Below are positions 28,826 through 42,525 of a stretch of DNA of 64,000 nucleotides, piece after piece. How positions within the stretch are numbered: the first letter of the stretch is position 1; the number at the start of each line of letters is the position of its first letter. This DNA is from Eledone cirrhosa (taxonomy: Eukaryota): the NCBI GenBank assembly GCA_964016885.1, contig OZ024742.1:338644001-338708000 (forward strand), in the 5' to 3' direction. The translations under genes were made by a program, and so were the position numbers. The notes beneath the pieces were generated by a model that saw only the letters and a program-made list of their open reading frames with translations, ran no database searches and was not told where the DNA came from.

Positions 28826-29144
28826 GAATGGTTTGTTACACACACATACACGCACACACACATATATATGTATATATGTATATATAATTTCACGTGTGCA
28901 CTCACAAGATCATCAAACGCTTGAGTCATAATAAAGAATACTTAAACTCTACTTCGGTATTGAATATTCATTTTCACGTCTGTTGTCAATATCACACGGA
29001 TATACTTACACACATACATGCATATTACTACACAAAACTATATAAATATATCAAATATATTAACGTACTAAATAATACAGGGAACGGGGTGAGGAAAACC
29101 TTCCTCTCTCTCTCACACACACTCTCTCTCTCCCTCCCCCTCTC

Positions 29145-29206
<62 letters not shown>

Positions 29207-29860
29207 GGCTCCATCATGTAGAGCTAATTTTAATGTCGTGTTAACCAGGCTGCTATTTTTAGCGGCATAGGGTTACGAGACAAGCTAGGCTCCGAAGACA
29301 CGTGCGCTATTTCATATCGAACACAATTCAGTCTTCTAATATTTTTAGAAGTGGAAGGATCGCTAATCTCTCAACAACTACCGATGAGCAGAGAAATAGT
29401 GTTGACTTCGCTTAATATGATTTTGTGAAACAGTTTCCAAAACTGTCTAGTTGTTCCCAGGCAGTTGCCCGATATAGGTTTGTTATTTTTCTTGATTTAC
29501 TACTTTAAATTAAGTCTGACAAACCATATTGCTGTAGTTAGTATTTTTTCACCCTAGCAAAACTAGTCCTTACGATTCGGACACATGTATGTTTATATTA
29601 GTGTTCATCTCCCTTGTTTATTCATACACGGCCCGGAAAAGCTTTTTTCTTAGAGCTATTTAATTGTAAGAGACTACTTTCAGTTTCTAAATCAGTATAT
29701 ATATATATATATAGATTTTGAGTATATGTTGGTTGTATACCAACACCTCAGTATGCAGGGAGCACTCGACGAAGTGCGCAGGTTGGTTTGGTTACTCCGG
29801 AGTAATGTAAAATAAAGTAAAATAAATAAGTCAAATGTTTAAAATTTAGCTTCGTTTATT

Positions 29861-29915
29861 ACTGCTATATATATTTCGGTGACAGCCATCTTTGGCTGTG
29901 ACCTCTTCAGGCAGT
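29861..29915 (-). ncRNA. Minimal hammerhead ribozyme motif
   Basis: Minus strand reads ACTGC-CTGAAGA-GGTCACAGCCA-AAGA-TGGCTGTCACC-GAAA-TATATA-TA-GCAGT. Confidence 0.8.
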
Positions 29916-30123
29916 CCGAATTAGTGTGGTATAGACAAGTACATATGTTGTTGAGGTGTATAATTTTGTCAATACTCTGATATGCCCAGTTCCTGGTTGG
30001 GTTGTTATTTCACTGAGGAACTGGAATAATATGATTCCAGTTCCTTATTGAGGATTGCCGAATGTATGGTTACATAACCATCTGTGGATCCCCCATTCCA
30101 CTTGGCCCTTGTATTATTATATA

Positions 30124-30183
<60 letters not shown>

Positions 30184-30392
30184 GGCGACCTACGTAGGAA
30201 ATCGTATTATCGTGAGCTCCGCAAAGGTTTGTTATTTCCGTTTGTTTAAAAATTGCCATTTATGGAAAATTTTATTGTAAACTGTTTATAAGCACGCATA
30301 CATTGTTTTCCGAAAAGGACACCCAAAAAGATTGGGGCCTTGTGCCCAAAATTTTAACTTTTATTATTATCCAAAAATTTCTTTGAAAAAAA

Positions 30393-32397
30393 ATGGCTAA
30401 TTCCCCTGTGCACGAAGCAGCTGAAAGCCTTCCTCACAAAATAACACCTCACACCGACACCACCATTGTAAATGTTACTACGTTTGCCAACACAAAAAAA
30501 AATATAAGCAGTAGCAATATTTTAAATTTGTCTCAGGCAGACATTCATTTCCCGCCATTACCAATGACTGCAGGTGTTAAACCCTCCACCACCACCACCA
30601 CCACCACCACCGCGACAACCACCACCACCACCACCACCGCGACAACAGAAACAAAAGAAGAAAAAAATAAATAACTCGTGACGTCGAAATGAAATCAAGC
30701 AAAATGGACTCTTCCCCACCAAACACGACTGACGTCACCACCACCACAACTGAAAATAAAATTAATATTAACGATAGCAACAACAACAACAATGACATTA
30801 TAAAACCGACCCTCAGTTTCGCCATCGTAGCAAAACAATTCGAAGCGTTCACGGTAACTCAAGAAGATTTAGAAAATGCCAAACAAATGGTAAAGAAAGA
30901 TGGGTACAGGGTCAGCCTCACCCCCCCCCCCCCCCACACCTAATAAAATGGAGCATCGGCGCCTGTGCACCGTGTCGTATAGAACAATAAATGTAAAATC
31001 GCGCCGAGTGGAACGGGCATCCGAGTCCCAAATCCAAAAAGCTTTGGGACATGTGTGGGCAAGAAAAACCCACATCAGACGTGGGCAAAAGTATGGAACC
31101 GTGGATGTGTTCTTTGAAACACCAGAGGAGGCTAGAGAACACTCCATGGCCCCATTAAAAAGTGACGACCTCACACTCGTCCCAAGCTATTGTGGCCAGA
31201 GACTCGTAAAGATCAGGGTGACCCACGTTCCACCGGCCATCGAAATTCCCTGGCTAATAGCGGCTGTCCTCGCCGGCATCGAAGCCAACACGAAAATAAT
31301 AGCAGTAGCAAAAGAAAAGCAGGAAAACTGGTCCGGATCTGGGATGGAGCTCCTGATCCAAGCGGACCAAAAAAGCATTGAGGAGATCCCAGAGGTAATA
31401 GACCTCACTGACGGCAGCCACCTCACGGTAATTGTCGAGGGCAGAAGACCTAGGTGTGTCGTTTGTGGTGAAGGAACCCACCTAAGGGCTTTCTGCCCTC
31501 AGGCTAAAAGGTTGAGGCCACCTCTCCTACCCACCCCAGTGACACAACCATCAACACCACCAGTAGCAGAGATGGCAGCAACAACTGTAGCAGCAACAAC
31601 AGAAGCAACTATAACAGCAACAACCCCAGCAACAGTAGCAAAACCAACACCACTACCACCACCAGCAAAACCAACACCACCACCACCCAACGCTTCAGAA
31701 CTAGCACCAGCGCCTACACCATCCACCACACCACAACCAAAACTAACGGCTGTGGAGGATTTTCCACTCCCCGGCCTATCACAACTGGAGACAGATTGTG
31801 ACGACGAGGAGTGGGAAACGATATCCGGAAAAAAAAAAAGAAACCAAAAAAGAAAAAATTCTCTTCCTTCCCCCTCCAAAAACAAAATACAGAGGGAAAC
31901 AAATAAACTAAGAAACAAAAAAGTTAGGACAGATATGCCACCATCCACACCAGCATCACCAACCCCATCAACCCAAACACCAACACCATCACCATCATTA
32001 ACTCCAACACCACCATCACCTACACCACAAAAGTCACCAAAATGCGAAACAGAAACAAACCCACAACAAACGCAAACAAAACAAAACAACCAAAACGATA
32101 CATACTACACAGCATTAAATTTGAACAACAAGCAATTATTACACTACATCCAACACAACACCAGCATCACAGAAAAAGACTACACAACAACCCCAAAAAT
32201 TCACACCACCTCCACACATACAAATCACTCGCATCACACAGAAAACGTACATGACACTAAAACAAAAATTCCCCAAAGACATCGGAGACTTCCGACAAGC
32301 ACTCTCCAGGAGGATTTATAAGGACATCCTTCCTGAGGATGCCACAAGCAGTGAAAAGGATGGAAAAGCCGTCCGTCCCCTACGAGAAGTAAGGTAA
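30393..32397 (+). pseudogene. ORF1 of copy A (gag-like; CCHC knuckle, Pro/Thr-rich), frameshifted
   Basis: CVVCGEGTHLRAFC and an NLS-like KKKRNQKRK; frameshifts at or near homopolymer runs (about 30660 and 30925) and near 32190. Confidence 0.8.
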
Positions 32398-32431
32398 GTG
32401 GTCTTTCCCATCTTTTCCACTCCTTTTCAAC

Positions 32432-35400
32432 ATGACCCCACTCAGAATAGGCAGCATAAATGCGCGTGGCTTGGGGTCATCATGGAAGCAGGGCCACCTG
32501 CTCAACGACCTCAGGTCACTAAACATAGATGTAGTGGCCATCAGCGAGACCAGAATCTCCGAAGCACAGGCTTTCGCACCGATCTTCGGCGGCTACGATG
32601 TGTACGCATCTCCCAGCCGTCCGGGATCGGGGGGAGGAGTTGCTGTGCTTTTTCGGAGAGGTTTGGATCTTGCCATACGGGCCATCTTCCTGGACCCAGA
32701 AGGTAAGTTGGTGGTGCTGGACGTGACCAGCGGAGACGGGCAAGCTTTCAGGTTAGTGGCCGTCTATGCCCCGACAGGAGCAGGGCGGCCTGATTTCTTC
32801 CGGCGTCTGGAGACCTTTCTTGGAACGTCCCGCTCTTTAGTGTTAGTGGGCGACTGGAACGGGATCTTAGATGCACGCTGGGATTGTGTGGGATTAGTGG
32901 ATAGGGAAGGAGGGTGCAAGAGTCTCACCAACCTGCTCAGACGTTTTGAACTGTCTGACAGGTACCGAATGGATTTCCCGAATGTACCAATGTGGACTTG
33001 GACAAATCGCATAGGGTCATCCAGATCATATCTAGATAGAGTATTTTGTAGGGAAATAGATAGGTCTAGCATAGGCTGTCCACAATTCAAGATAGTCAGC
33101 TACACGGACCACAAATTCGTGATCTGTGTGCTTGACTTAGATAGGCTTCATAGACGAGGACCCGGCTACTGGAAGCTAAACGCGTCCTTACCAGCGCGCA
33201 AAGCCTACAGAGACCGGATTAGCGAACTAGTTAAGCGGGCGTTGACGGGGGCCATCGTCAACAACAAGTGGTGGTTTGCTCTGAAAAGAGCAATTAGAAT
33301 AGAGTCCATTAGGTTTAGTAAGACTTTAGCAATAGAGAAAAATAGAGCAGAGGGAGAATTAGTTAGAAAATTAGATGAGGCGCTTAGCAAAGGCATCGCG
33401 ACCGACGTACTTGCGGCGAAATTGGCCCTTGACCAATTCTTCAATGCAAAGCACGAAGGCTGCGTTGTCAGAGCTAGGGTGCGTGCTCTCAGACACGAGG
33501 GGAGGAAAGCCGTTCAATGGGCCCGAGTGGCGGAGGCGCGTCGTGGCAACAAAGCCACGATCCGGTCTTTGGTGGACCACGACGGGCGCATGCTACTCGA
33601 TCCCGGGCAAATGTGTGAAGCTTTTCAGCGACACTTCGCTCAACTGTTCGGGGGCAGTGGCGGGCCGGATCGAGGGATGGACTTTAGTGTCTACCTCGAC
33701 GGACTGCCGCGGCTTTCGGCCACTGAGGCGGAGTGTTGCGAAAAGCCGATAACAACCGCTGAAGTACGGGATGCAATGACTAGTTGTACAAGGGGTAAAT
33801 CGCCTGGTTTGGATGGTCTGCCCTATGAACTTTACGTACAAATGCCAAACTTGTTCGGAGGCCTCTTGGCGGACGTCTACTGCAACTGGCAACAGAACGG
33901 GAGAATTCCCAGCTCTGTGAGCCGAGGAGCGGTGGCGCTGCTGAGAAAGGATCCGAACAAAGGGGATAACATAGATAATTTTAGGCCCATAACTCTGCTA
34001 AACACAGAGTTCAAGATTTTGGCCAAGGTGCTAGCAAAGAGGTTGGCGCTTGTCGTTGGTGGTCTGGTGGGAGAGGCACAGACATGCGCCATTCCCGACA
34101 GATCCATCCACGACAACCTCCACCTCATGCGATACATCGTAGAGAGGGTAGCTAGGGAACCTGGCACGGGTGGGTCTTTGATCAATTTAGATCAGTCGAA
34201 AGCCTTCGATAGGGTCGACCATCGTTACCTAGCGGCAGTCCTGAGGGCGGCTGGCTTTGGGCCCGTCTTCAGAGGCTGGATCGCTGCCATGCACAGCGAC
34301 ATCTGCTCTGTAGTGAGAGTGAACGGTCACCTTTCGGAACCGTTCAACATCATGCGCTCGGTCCGCCAAGGATGTCCCCTCTCGTCCCTATTGTACGTAT
34401 TGACTCTCGAGCCATTACTGCACAAACTGGAGACGTTGAGGGGGGTCTCGCGCGAACTAGGATGCGGAAGATCCGTGTCAGCATATGCCGACGATGTCAC
34501 CGTAGTGGTGTCGAACGCCAAACACATTGAGGCGATCGGCACTACACTATGAGAATACGAAGCGGTGACAGGAGCAATGATCAACCAGGAAAAGTCGGTG
34601 GGCCTGCAGCTCGGCACCTGGAGAGGCAGGTCCATGCCGTCCAACAGCGTCGTCGGGCGCTGGACGGACGGACCGGTTAAATTGCTAGGGGTCTGGTTCG
34701 GTCCAGACCTCCAGACGGACAAAAACTGGGACGAGGTGACGAGCAGGGTGGCTTCTCTCACCCAGAAATGGGCCGAGAGGAAGCTATCCCTGAAAGGTCG
34801 AGCGGAGGTGGCGAATGCGTACATCGCATCGGTCATCTACTACCGCCTGACCGTCGTACCTTGTCCTAAGCCCCGCCTGACTGCGCTGGAGCGTTTGCTC
34901 TTTCGCTTCTTGTGGAAGGGACGCGCTCCGATGGCCAGGAGGTCCATCTGCTGTCAACACCCGCTACGTGGAGGGCTGGGCATGCCGTGGCTGATGATGC
35001 GCAGACACGCGCTCAGGCTACGACATCTCCACCTCTTCCTCGACGGTGATCAGGTGTGGTCGCCTTTTGCAAGACACGTTTTTCCCCAGCTCGTCTCCTT
35101 GACGGAGCTGCAGTCCTGGGTCAAGCGAAGACCGAGAGGGAGCGCTTGGAGACTGGAATGTCTTCAGGCGCTCACAGCCCTCGACCAATCGGGCAATGTG
35201 ATCGGTGGAAACTCCACCTTGGCGTTCTATAGGGGATTAGTGGAGGGGAAGAGCGACGACGTACTTGGAGAAACTCTAGGCATCGACGAAAATCAACTAG
35301 CCAATCTCTTCGGAAGGACTTTCGGGCCGGGGCCTATGGACAACTTCCAGAAATCCCTGGCCTGGCAGTGCTACCGAGGAGCTTTGCCAGTTCGGGATAA

Positions 35401-35851
35401 ACTCTACAGGCATGGAGGTGCCGTCAGCCGGGCATGTCCGAGATGCGCGCAGGGCGACGAAACCGTCCTGCACGCACTCGTCCAGTGTCCGAGCATTGCT
35501 GACTTGTGGGTTTATGTCGAACACCTGCTGTCACGTGTAGGACGGATCCAGCTATCAGCTGAGTCCATCGTGAGGATTGCCCCGCCCCCTTCCTTTAGCC
35601 TGGAAGGGCAGGCAGTTTTTATCTGTCTGGTGGCCATGGCGAAAGAGATAGTATGGTGGACACGTGTGAAAGGGCTGAAGACGAGCACTTACCTCTTCGG
35701 TGATGCCCTGATTAACTTTTTCAAATTTCATTTGAAAAGGAAAATCAGGGTAGAGAGGGAAGTGCTCTCTTCCCAGCATTTTGTTGAAAGATGGGTGAGA
35801 GAAGCAAGTATGGCCCGAATGAATGGGCCTTCTCTGAGTATGTGTCTGTAA
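32432..35851 (+). pseudogene. ORF2 of copy A (APE endonuclease + RT + C-terminal zinc motif), one in-frame TGA
   Basis: SINARGL, SETR, GDWN, YLDR, TDH; KSPGLDG, QGCPLS, YADD; CPRC..H..C. TGA at 34550-34552 is AGA in copy B. Confidence 0.95.
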
Positions 35852-36333
35852 ATTAAAGGTGGAAAACTGGGAGAGGGCACTTGCCCTGGTGGTCAGGGCC
35901 ACTGTGGTCTTTTAATGGGCTTTCTCCACAAATGTCCCTCGGAAGTCTCCCCCCTATTGGGGAATTTTTCTTTGTTATTTTATTTCAACCTCTGTTTTTT
36001 TACACGCAGAAATGCCCATTTGTACCGTCCTGTATTGTCCTGTACTGTCCTTAATGTCTACTTTATGTGAACCCTTGTGGTTAATAAAGAAAACATTATT
36101 ATTATTATTATTATTATTGAATGCCATGGTTGACGGAGGCTCGGCTCTGTAAGGTATAGTAATTTTTAACCGTTAAAACAATTGTAAATTGTTTAAAACT
36201 TGAACCAAATTGTTGATAAAGACACCCTCCTCCTCGTGAGAGGGGTCTTTCTGTCCGTTATTTGGCCCTTCGGGGTTAAATAACCAGTTATTGGGGTTTT
36301 GTACCCAAAATTTCATTTTAAACAAAAAACAAC

Positions 36334-38426
36334 ATGGCTACGAAAAAGAAATTTCATACGTCACTCCCACTCATTCCGTCTTCTTCTTCCTCAATAATCA
36401 CTACAGCAGAGAGAAGATTGTCTCTCTCCCTCCCTTCTTTAAATGTGTCTCTCTCCCTCCCTTCTCTTTCGCAAGTGACGAAAGAAAAGAAAAGTCTCGT
36501 GCAAAGCGTGCAAGGTTTCTCCACGACGACGACGACAGCGACGAAACAGGTGTGCGGGAAATACGAAAACCCAGTTCATTCGTCTGACGTCAGGAATAAT
36601 AGCAGTAGCAGCCGTAATAACAACAGCAACAGTGACAATGAAAACAACAGTAGCAGCCGCAACAGCATCACCAGCAGCATAAACAACAACAGCATTAGCA
36701 GCAGCAACACCAACAACAACCACAGCAACAGCGGCGGAGGCAGTAGTCGTAGTACCTGCAGCAACAACAAAAGTACCAGCAGCTCTGACGATAACAACAA
36801 CAGCAGAGAAAAAAATTCTCATTTGCAGGTATTGCGAAAAACTTGGAAACAATCCTCATAACAAATGAGGAATTAGAGGAAGCGAAGAAGATGGTGACAA
36901 AGAACGGACACCGAGCAATCTGCAAGGCAGCGGAAAAATTTTTCGAAACCCAAGAGCACTGTACGGTCACGTACCGTACAGTAAGTACAAAATCCCGTAG
37001 GGTGGAAAGAGCCACAGAGGCCCAAATACAAAAAGCCTTGGGGTCTGTGTGGCAGCGGAAAACGCACATCACCCGAGGCAAAAAAATATGCCACCGTAGA
37101 CGTACTTTTTGCCACACCCCAGGAGGCAAAGGCCCAATCAGTAGTGACCCTAAGGAGCGAGGAAATGGTGTTGGTGCCCTCCTACTGCGGGCAAAAAATT
37201 GTGAGGGTCAAACTGACCCACGTCCCCCCCGGAATGACCCCTTCTTGGCTGGCCGCGTCTGTCCTCGTCGGAATCGAGGACAAAACAACTGTACTGCAAG
37301 TACAGAAAAAAGTAAGAGAAGATTGGGTCGGCTCCTCCATTGAGATGCTAATCCAAACCAACCAGGAGTGCATCGAAGCTATCCCGGATGTGATAGACTT
37401 CGATAACGGCACTCAACTGCCCATAAGTGTTGAGGGCAAACGCCCGAAATGCTTTCGCTGTGGATCGAAGACTCACCTCAGGGCCTTCTGCAACGAGAAG
37501 ACCCTGAGAAAGGAGAAAACCCCCCTCCTTCCGAATCCGGCTCCACGGCTACCAGCAACAGGACAAGCGGCAACCAGGAACGATAGGTCCGTGGCACCCA
37601 TACCCACTCCACGGAAATAAAAACAGCAGCAGCAGTGGAAATATTAACAACAACAACAGCAATACCAAATGCAGCTGCAACAGAGACTCCAGTGCAAACA
37701 TCACCAACAACAACAAGTGAAAGAGTGGAGCTGGTACCCCTCCCCGACCTCACAGAATCAGACATGGAGTGTGAGGTGGGAGAGGGATGGCAAAAGGTCG
37801 CAAGAAGGCACAAACGCAGAAGCAGCGCATCGTCGCCTTTGAAAAGGGAGGAAAGAAATGAGAAAAGGGTAAAGTCTACTGCAAAGAGACCCACAGCAGC
37901 AACACCACCAACACCATCACCACCCACACCAGCACCACCATCACCACCGGCGACAACCCCACCGCCAACAACACCTTCAACACCACCACCACAAGCACCA
38001 ACATCGCAAACACAACAAAACACACACACCCAGCAACAACGACAAGAAAATAGCAGAACCACCCCCCACCCCCAGAAAAACAAATGCACGGCAATAAACA
38101 CACACAACAAGAAACTAATGACTTACATAATTGAACACACAGACATTTCACAACAGGACTACATAATACCAGCACCAATCAAAACGCCAACTAACATAAG
38201 ACTGCTAAAAATAGCACAGAAACAATACACAAACATTAAAACGAAATTCCCCAACGCAGTTGGTGATTTCAGGGACCTAGGAGGAACCATCAATCGAAGA
38301 GTATATTCAGACATTCTCTTAGAAGAGCCGACGACCAGCCGAAGGGACGATTCAACGGTCCCTTCACCAGACGATCAAGTGAAAAGGGATGGAGAAACCA
38401 TCCTTCCTCTACGAAAAGTAAGGTAA
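36334..38426 (+). pseudogene. ORF1 of copy B, frameshifted
   Basis: TKSRRVERATEAQIQKALG, LVPSYCGQ, CFRCGSKTHLRAFC and a Pro/Thr tract, spread over several frames. Confidence 0.8.
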
Positions 38427-38461
38427 GTGGTCTTTCCCATCTTTTCCACTCTATTTTAAAC

Positions 38462-41400
38462 ATGACCTCACTCAGAATAGGCAGCATAAATGCGCGTGGC
38501 TTGGGGTCGTCATGGAAGCAGGGTCACCTGCTCAACGACCTCAGGTCACTAAACATAGATGTAGTGGCCATCAGCGAGACCAGAATCTCCGAAGCACGGG
38601 CCTTCGCACCGATCTTCGGCGGCTACGATGTGTACGCATCTCCCAGCCGTCCTGGATCCGGTGGAGGAGTTGCTGTGCTTTTTGGAGAGGTTTGGATCTC
38701 GCCATACGGGCCATCTTCCTGGACCCAGAGGGTAAGCTGGTGGTGCTGGACGTGACCAGCGGAGACGGGCAAGCTTTCAGGCTAGTGGCCGTCTATGCCC
38801 CGACAGGAGCAGGGCGGCCTGATTTCTTCCGGCGTCTGGAGACCTTTCTTGGAACGTCCCGCTCTTTAGTGTTAGTGGGCGACTGGAACGGGATCTTAGA
38901 TGCACGCTGGGACTGTGTGGGATTAGCGGATAGGGGTGGAGGGTGCAAGAGCCTCACCAACCTGCTCAGGCGTTTTGAACTGTCTGACAGGTACCGATTG
39001 GATTTCCCGAATGTGCCAATGTGGACTTGGACAAACCGCATAGGGTCATCCAGATCATATCTAGATAGAGTATTTTGTAGGGAAATAGATAGGTCTAGCA
39101 TAGGCTGTCCACAATTCAAGATAGTCAGCTACACGGACCACAAATTCGTGACCTGTGTGCTTGACTTAGATAGGCTTCATAGACGAGGACCCGGCTACTG
39201 GAAGCTAAACGCGTCCTTACCAGCGCGCAAGGCCTACAGAGACCGGATTAGCGAACTAGTTAAGCGGGCGTTGACGGGGGCCATCGTCAACAACAAGTGG
39301 TGGTTTGCTCTGAAAAGAGCGATTAGAATAGAATCGATTAGGTTTAGTAAGGCTTTAGCAATAGAGAAAAATAGAGCAGAGGGAGAACTAGTTAGAAAAT
39401 TAGACGAGGCGCTTAGCAAAGGCATTGCGACCGACGTGCTTGCGGCGAAATTGGCCCTTGACCAATTCTTCAATGCAAAGCACGAAGGCTGCGTTGTCAG
39501 AGCTAGGGTGCGTGCTCTCAGACACGAGGGGACGAAAGCCGTTCAATGTGCCCGAGTGGCGGAGGCGCGTCGTGGCAACAAAGCCACGATCCGGTCTTTG
39601 GTGGACCACGACGGGCGCATGCTACTCGATCCCGGGCAAATGTGTGAAGCTTTTCAGCGACACTTCGCTCAGCTGTTCGGGGGAAGCGGGGGGCTGGGTA
39701 GAGGGATGGACTTTAGTGTCTACCTCGACGGACTGCCGCGGCTCTCGGCCACTGAGGCGAAGTGTTGCGAAAAGCCGATAACAGCCGCTGAAGTAAGGGA
39801 GGCAATGACTGGCTGCACAAGGGGTAAATCGCCTGGTTTGGATGGTCTGCCCTATGAACTTTACGTACAGATGCCAGACTTGTTCGGAGGCCCTTGGCGG
39901 ACGTCTACTGCAACTGGCAACAGAACGGGAGAATTCCCAGTTCTGTGAGCCGAGGAGCGGTGGCACTGCTGAGAAAGGATCCGAACAAGGGGGATAACAT
40001 AGACAATTTCCGGCCCATAACTCTGCTAAACACAGAGTTCAAGATTTTGGCCAAGGTGCTAGCAAAGAGGTTGGCGCTTGTCGTTGGTGGTCTGGTGGGA
40101 GAGGCGCAGACATGCGCCATTCCCGACAGATCCATCCACGACAACCTCCACCTCATGCGATACATCATAGAGAGGGTAGCTAAGGAACCTGGCACGGGTG
40201 GGTCCTTGATCAATTTAGATCAGTCGAAAGCTTTCGATAAGGTCGACCATCGTTACCTAGCGGCAGTCCTGAGGGCGGCTGGCTTTGGGCCCGTCTTCAG
40301 AGGCTGGATCGCTGCCATGCACAGCGACATCTGCTCTGTGGTGAGAGTGAACGGTCACCTGTCGGAACCGTTCAACATCATGCGCTCGGTCCGCCAAGGA
40401 TGTCCCCTCTCGTCCCTATTGTACGTATTGACTCTCGAGCCATTACTGCACAAACTGGAGACGTTGAGGGGGGTCCCGCGCGAACTAGGATGCGGAAGAT
40501 CCGTGTCAGCATATGCCGACGATGTCACCGTAGTGGTGTCGAACGCCAAACACATCGAGGCGATCGGCACTACACTAAGAGAATACGAAGCGGTGACAGG
40601 AGCAATGATCAACCAGGAAAAGTCAGTGGGCCTGCAGCTCGGCACCTGGAGAGGCAGGTCCATGCCGCCCAACAGCGTCGTCGGGCGCTGGACGGACGGA
40701 CCGGTTAAATTGCTAGGGGTCTGGTACGGTCCGGACCTCCAGACGGACAAAAACTGGGACGAGGTGACGAGCAGGGTGGCTTCTCTCACCCAGAAATGGG
40801 CCGAGAGGAAGCTATCCCTGAAAGGTCGAGCGGAGGTGGCGAATGCGTACATCGCATCCGTCATCTACTACCGCCTGACCGTCGTACCTTGTCCTAAGCC
40901 CCGCCTGACTGCGCTGGAGCGTTTGCTCTTTCGCTTCTTGTGGAAGGGACGCGCTCCGATGGTCAGGCGGTCCATCTGCTGTCAACACCCGCTACGTGGA
41001 GGGCTGGGCATGCCGTGGCTGATGATGCGCAGACACGCGCTCAGGCTACGACATCTCCACCTCTTCCTCGACGGTGATCAGGTGTGGTCGCCTTTTGCAA
41101 GACACGTTTTTCCCCAGCTCGTCTCCTTGACGGAGCTGCAGTCCTGGGTCAAGCGAAGACCGAGAGGGAGCGCTTGGAGACTGGAATGTCTTCAGGCGCT
41201 CACAGCCCTCGACCAATCGGGCAATGTGATCGGTGGAAACTCCACCTTGGCGTTCTATAGGGGATTAGTGGAGGGGAAGAGCGACGACGTACTTGGAGAA
41301 ACTCTAGGCGTCGACGAAAATCAACTAGCCAATCTCTTCGGAAGGACTTTCGGGCCGGGGCCTATGGACAACTTCCAGAAATCCCTGGCCTGGCAGTGCT

Positions 41401-41879
41401 ACCGAGGAGCTTTGCCAGTTCGGGATAAACTCTACAGGCATGGAGGTGCCGTCAGCCGGGCATGTCCGAGATGCGCGCAGGGCGACGAAACCGTCCTGCA
41501 CGCACTCGTCCAGTGTCCGAGCATTGCTGACTTGTGGGTTTATGTCGAACACCTGCTGTCACGTGTAGGACGGATCCAGCTATCAGCTGAGTCCATCGTG
41601 AGGATTGCCCCGCCCCCTTCCTTTAGCCTGGAAGGGCAGGCAGTTTTTATCTGTCTGGTGGCCATGGCGAAAGAGATAGTATGGTGGACACGTTTGAAAG
41701 GGCTGAAGACGAGCACTTACCTCTTCGGTGATGCCCTGATTAACTTTTTCAAATTTCATCTGAAAAGGAAAATCAGGGTAGAGAGGGAAGTGCTCTCTTC
41801 CCAGCATTTTGTTGAAAGATGGGTGAGAGAAGCAAGTATGGCCCGAATGAATGGGCCTTCTCTGAGTATGTGTCTGTAA
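38462..41879 (+). pseudogene. ORF2 of copy B (APE + RT), two 1-nt deletions
   Basis: Near-identical to copy A ORF2; frameshifts at about 38682 and 39893. Confidence 0.95.
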
Positions 41880-42122
41880 ATTAAAGGTGGAAAACTGGGA
41901 GAGGGCACTTGCCCTGGTGGTCAGGGCCACTGTGGTCTTTTAATGGGCTTTCTCCACAAATGTCCCTTGGAAGTCTCCCCCCTATTGGGGAATTTTTCTT
42001 TGTTATTTTATTTCAACCTCTGTTTTTTTACACGCAGAAATGCCCATTTGTACCGTCCTGTATTGTCCTGTACTGTCCTTAATGTCTACTTTATGTGAAC
42101 CCTTGTGGTTAATAAAGAAAAC

Positions 42123-42157
<35 letters not shown>

Positions 42158-42426
42158 TATTATTATTATTCCTAATGGCCATTAGTCATGTAGATTCCAT
42201 TAAGATGTTGCGGTTGGTTCTGTTATTTAGTAATAGAACATGATATAAATGTATACAACATCTAATTTTGTGTGTGTGAGCGAAAAATAAATGGATAAAC
42301 AACATAGGAAAAAATATGTATCATACAATGAAGTTATTTGTTTAACGAATGATATTGCAGAGAAAGATTCTTAACGTTTTTACACAGAAAGCACACATGT
42401 GTTTAGTAACTCATTTGTGTGTGTGC

Positions 42427-42525
<99 letters not shown>

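Larger units (their letters stand above)
30184..36094 (+). mobile_element. Full-length Tx1/L1-clade LINE, copy A, in (TTA)n
   Basis: 5'UTR, ORF1, ORF2 and a 3'UTR with AATAAA near 36083; (TTA)n on both sides. Confidence 0.95.
36119..42123 (+). mobile_element. Full-length Tx1/L1-clade LINE, copy B, in (TTA)n
   Basis: Same layout as copy A, separated from it only by (TTA)n at 36095-36118; TTA tail from 42124. Confidence 0.95.

Noticed and set aside
34550-34552. In-frame TGA as possible readthrough or selenocysteine codon
   Set aside because: Copy B has AGA (Arg) here, so a point mutation or sequencing error is simpler.
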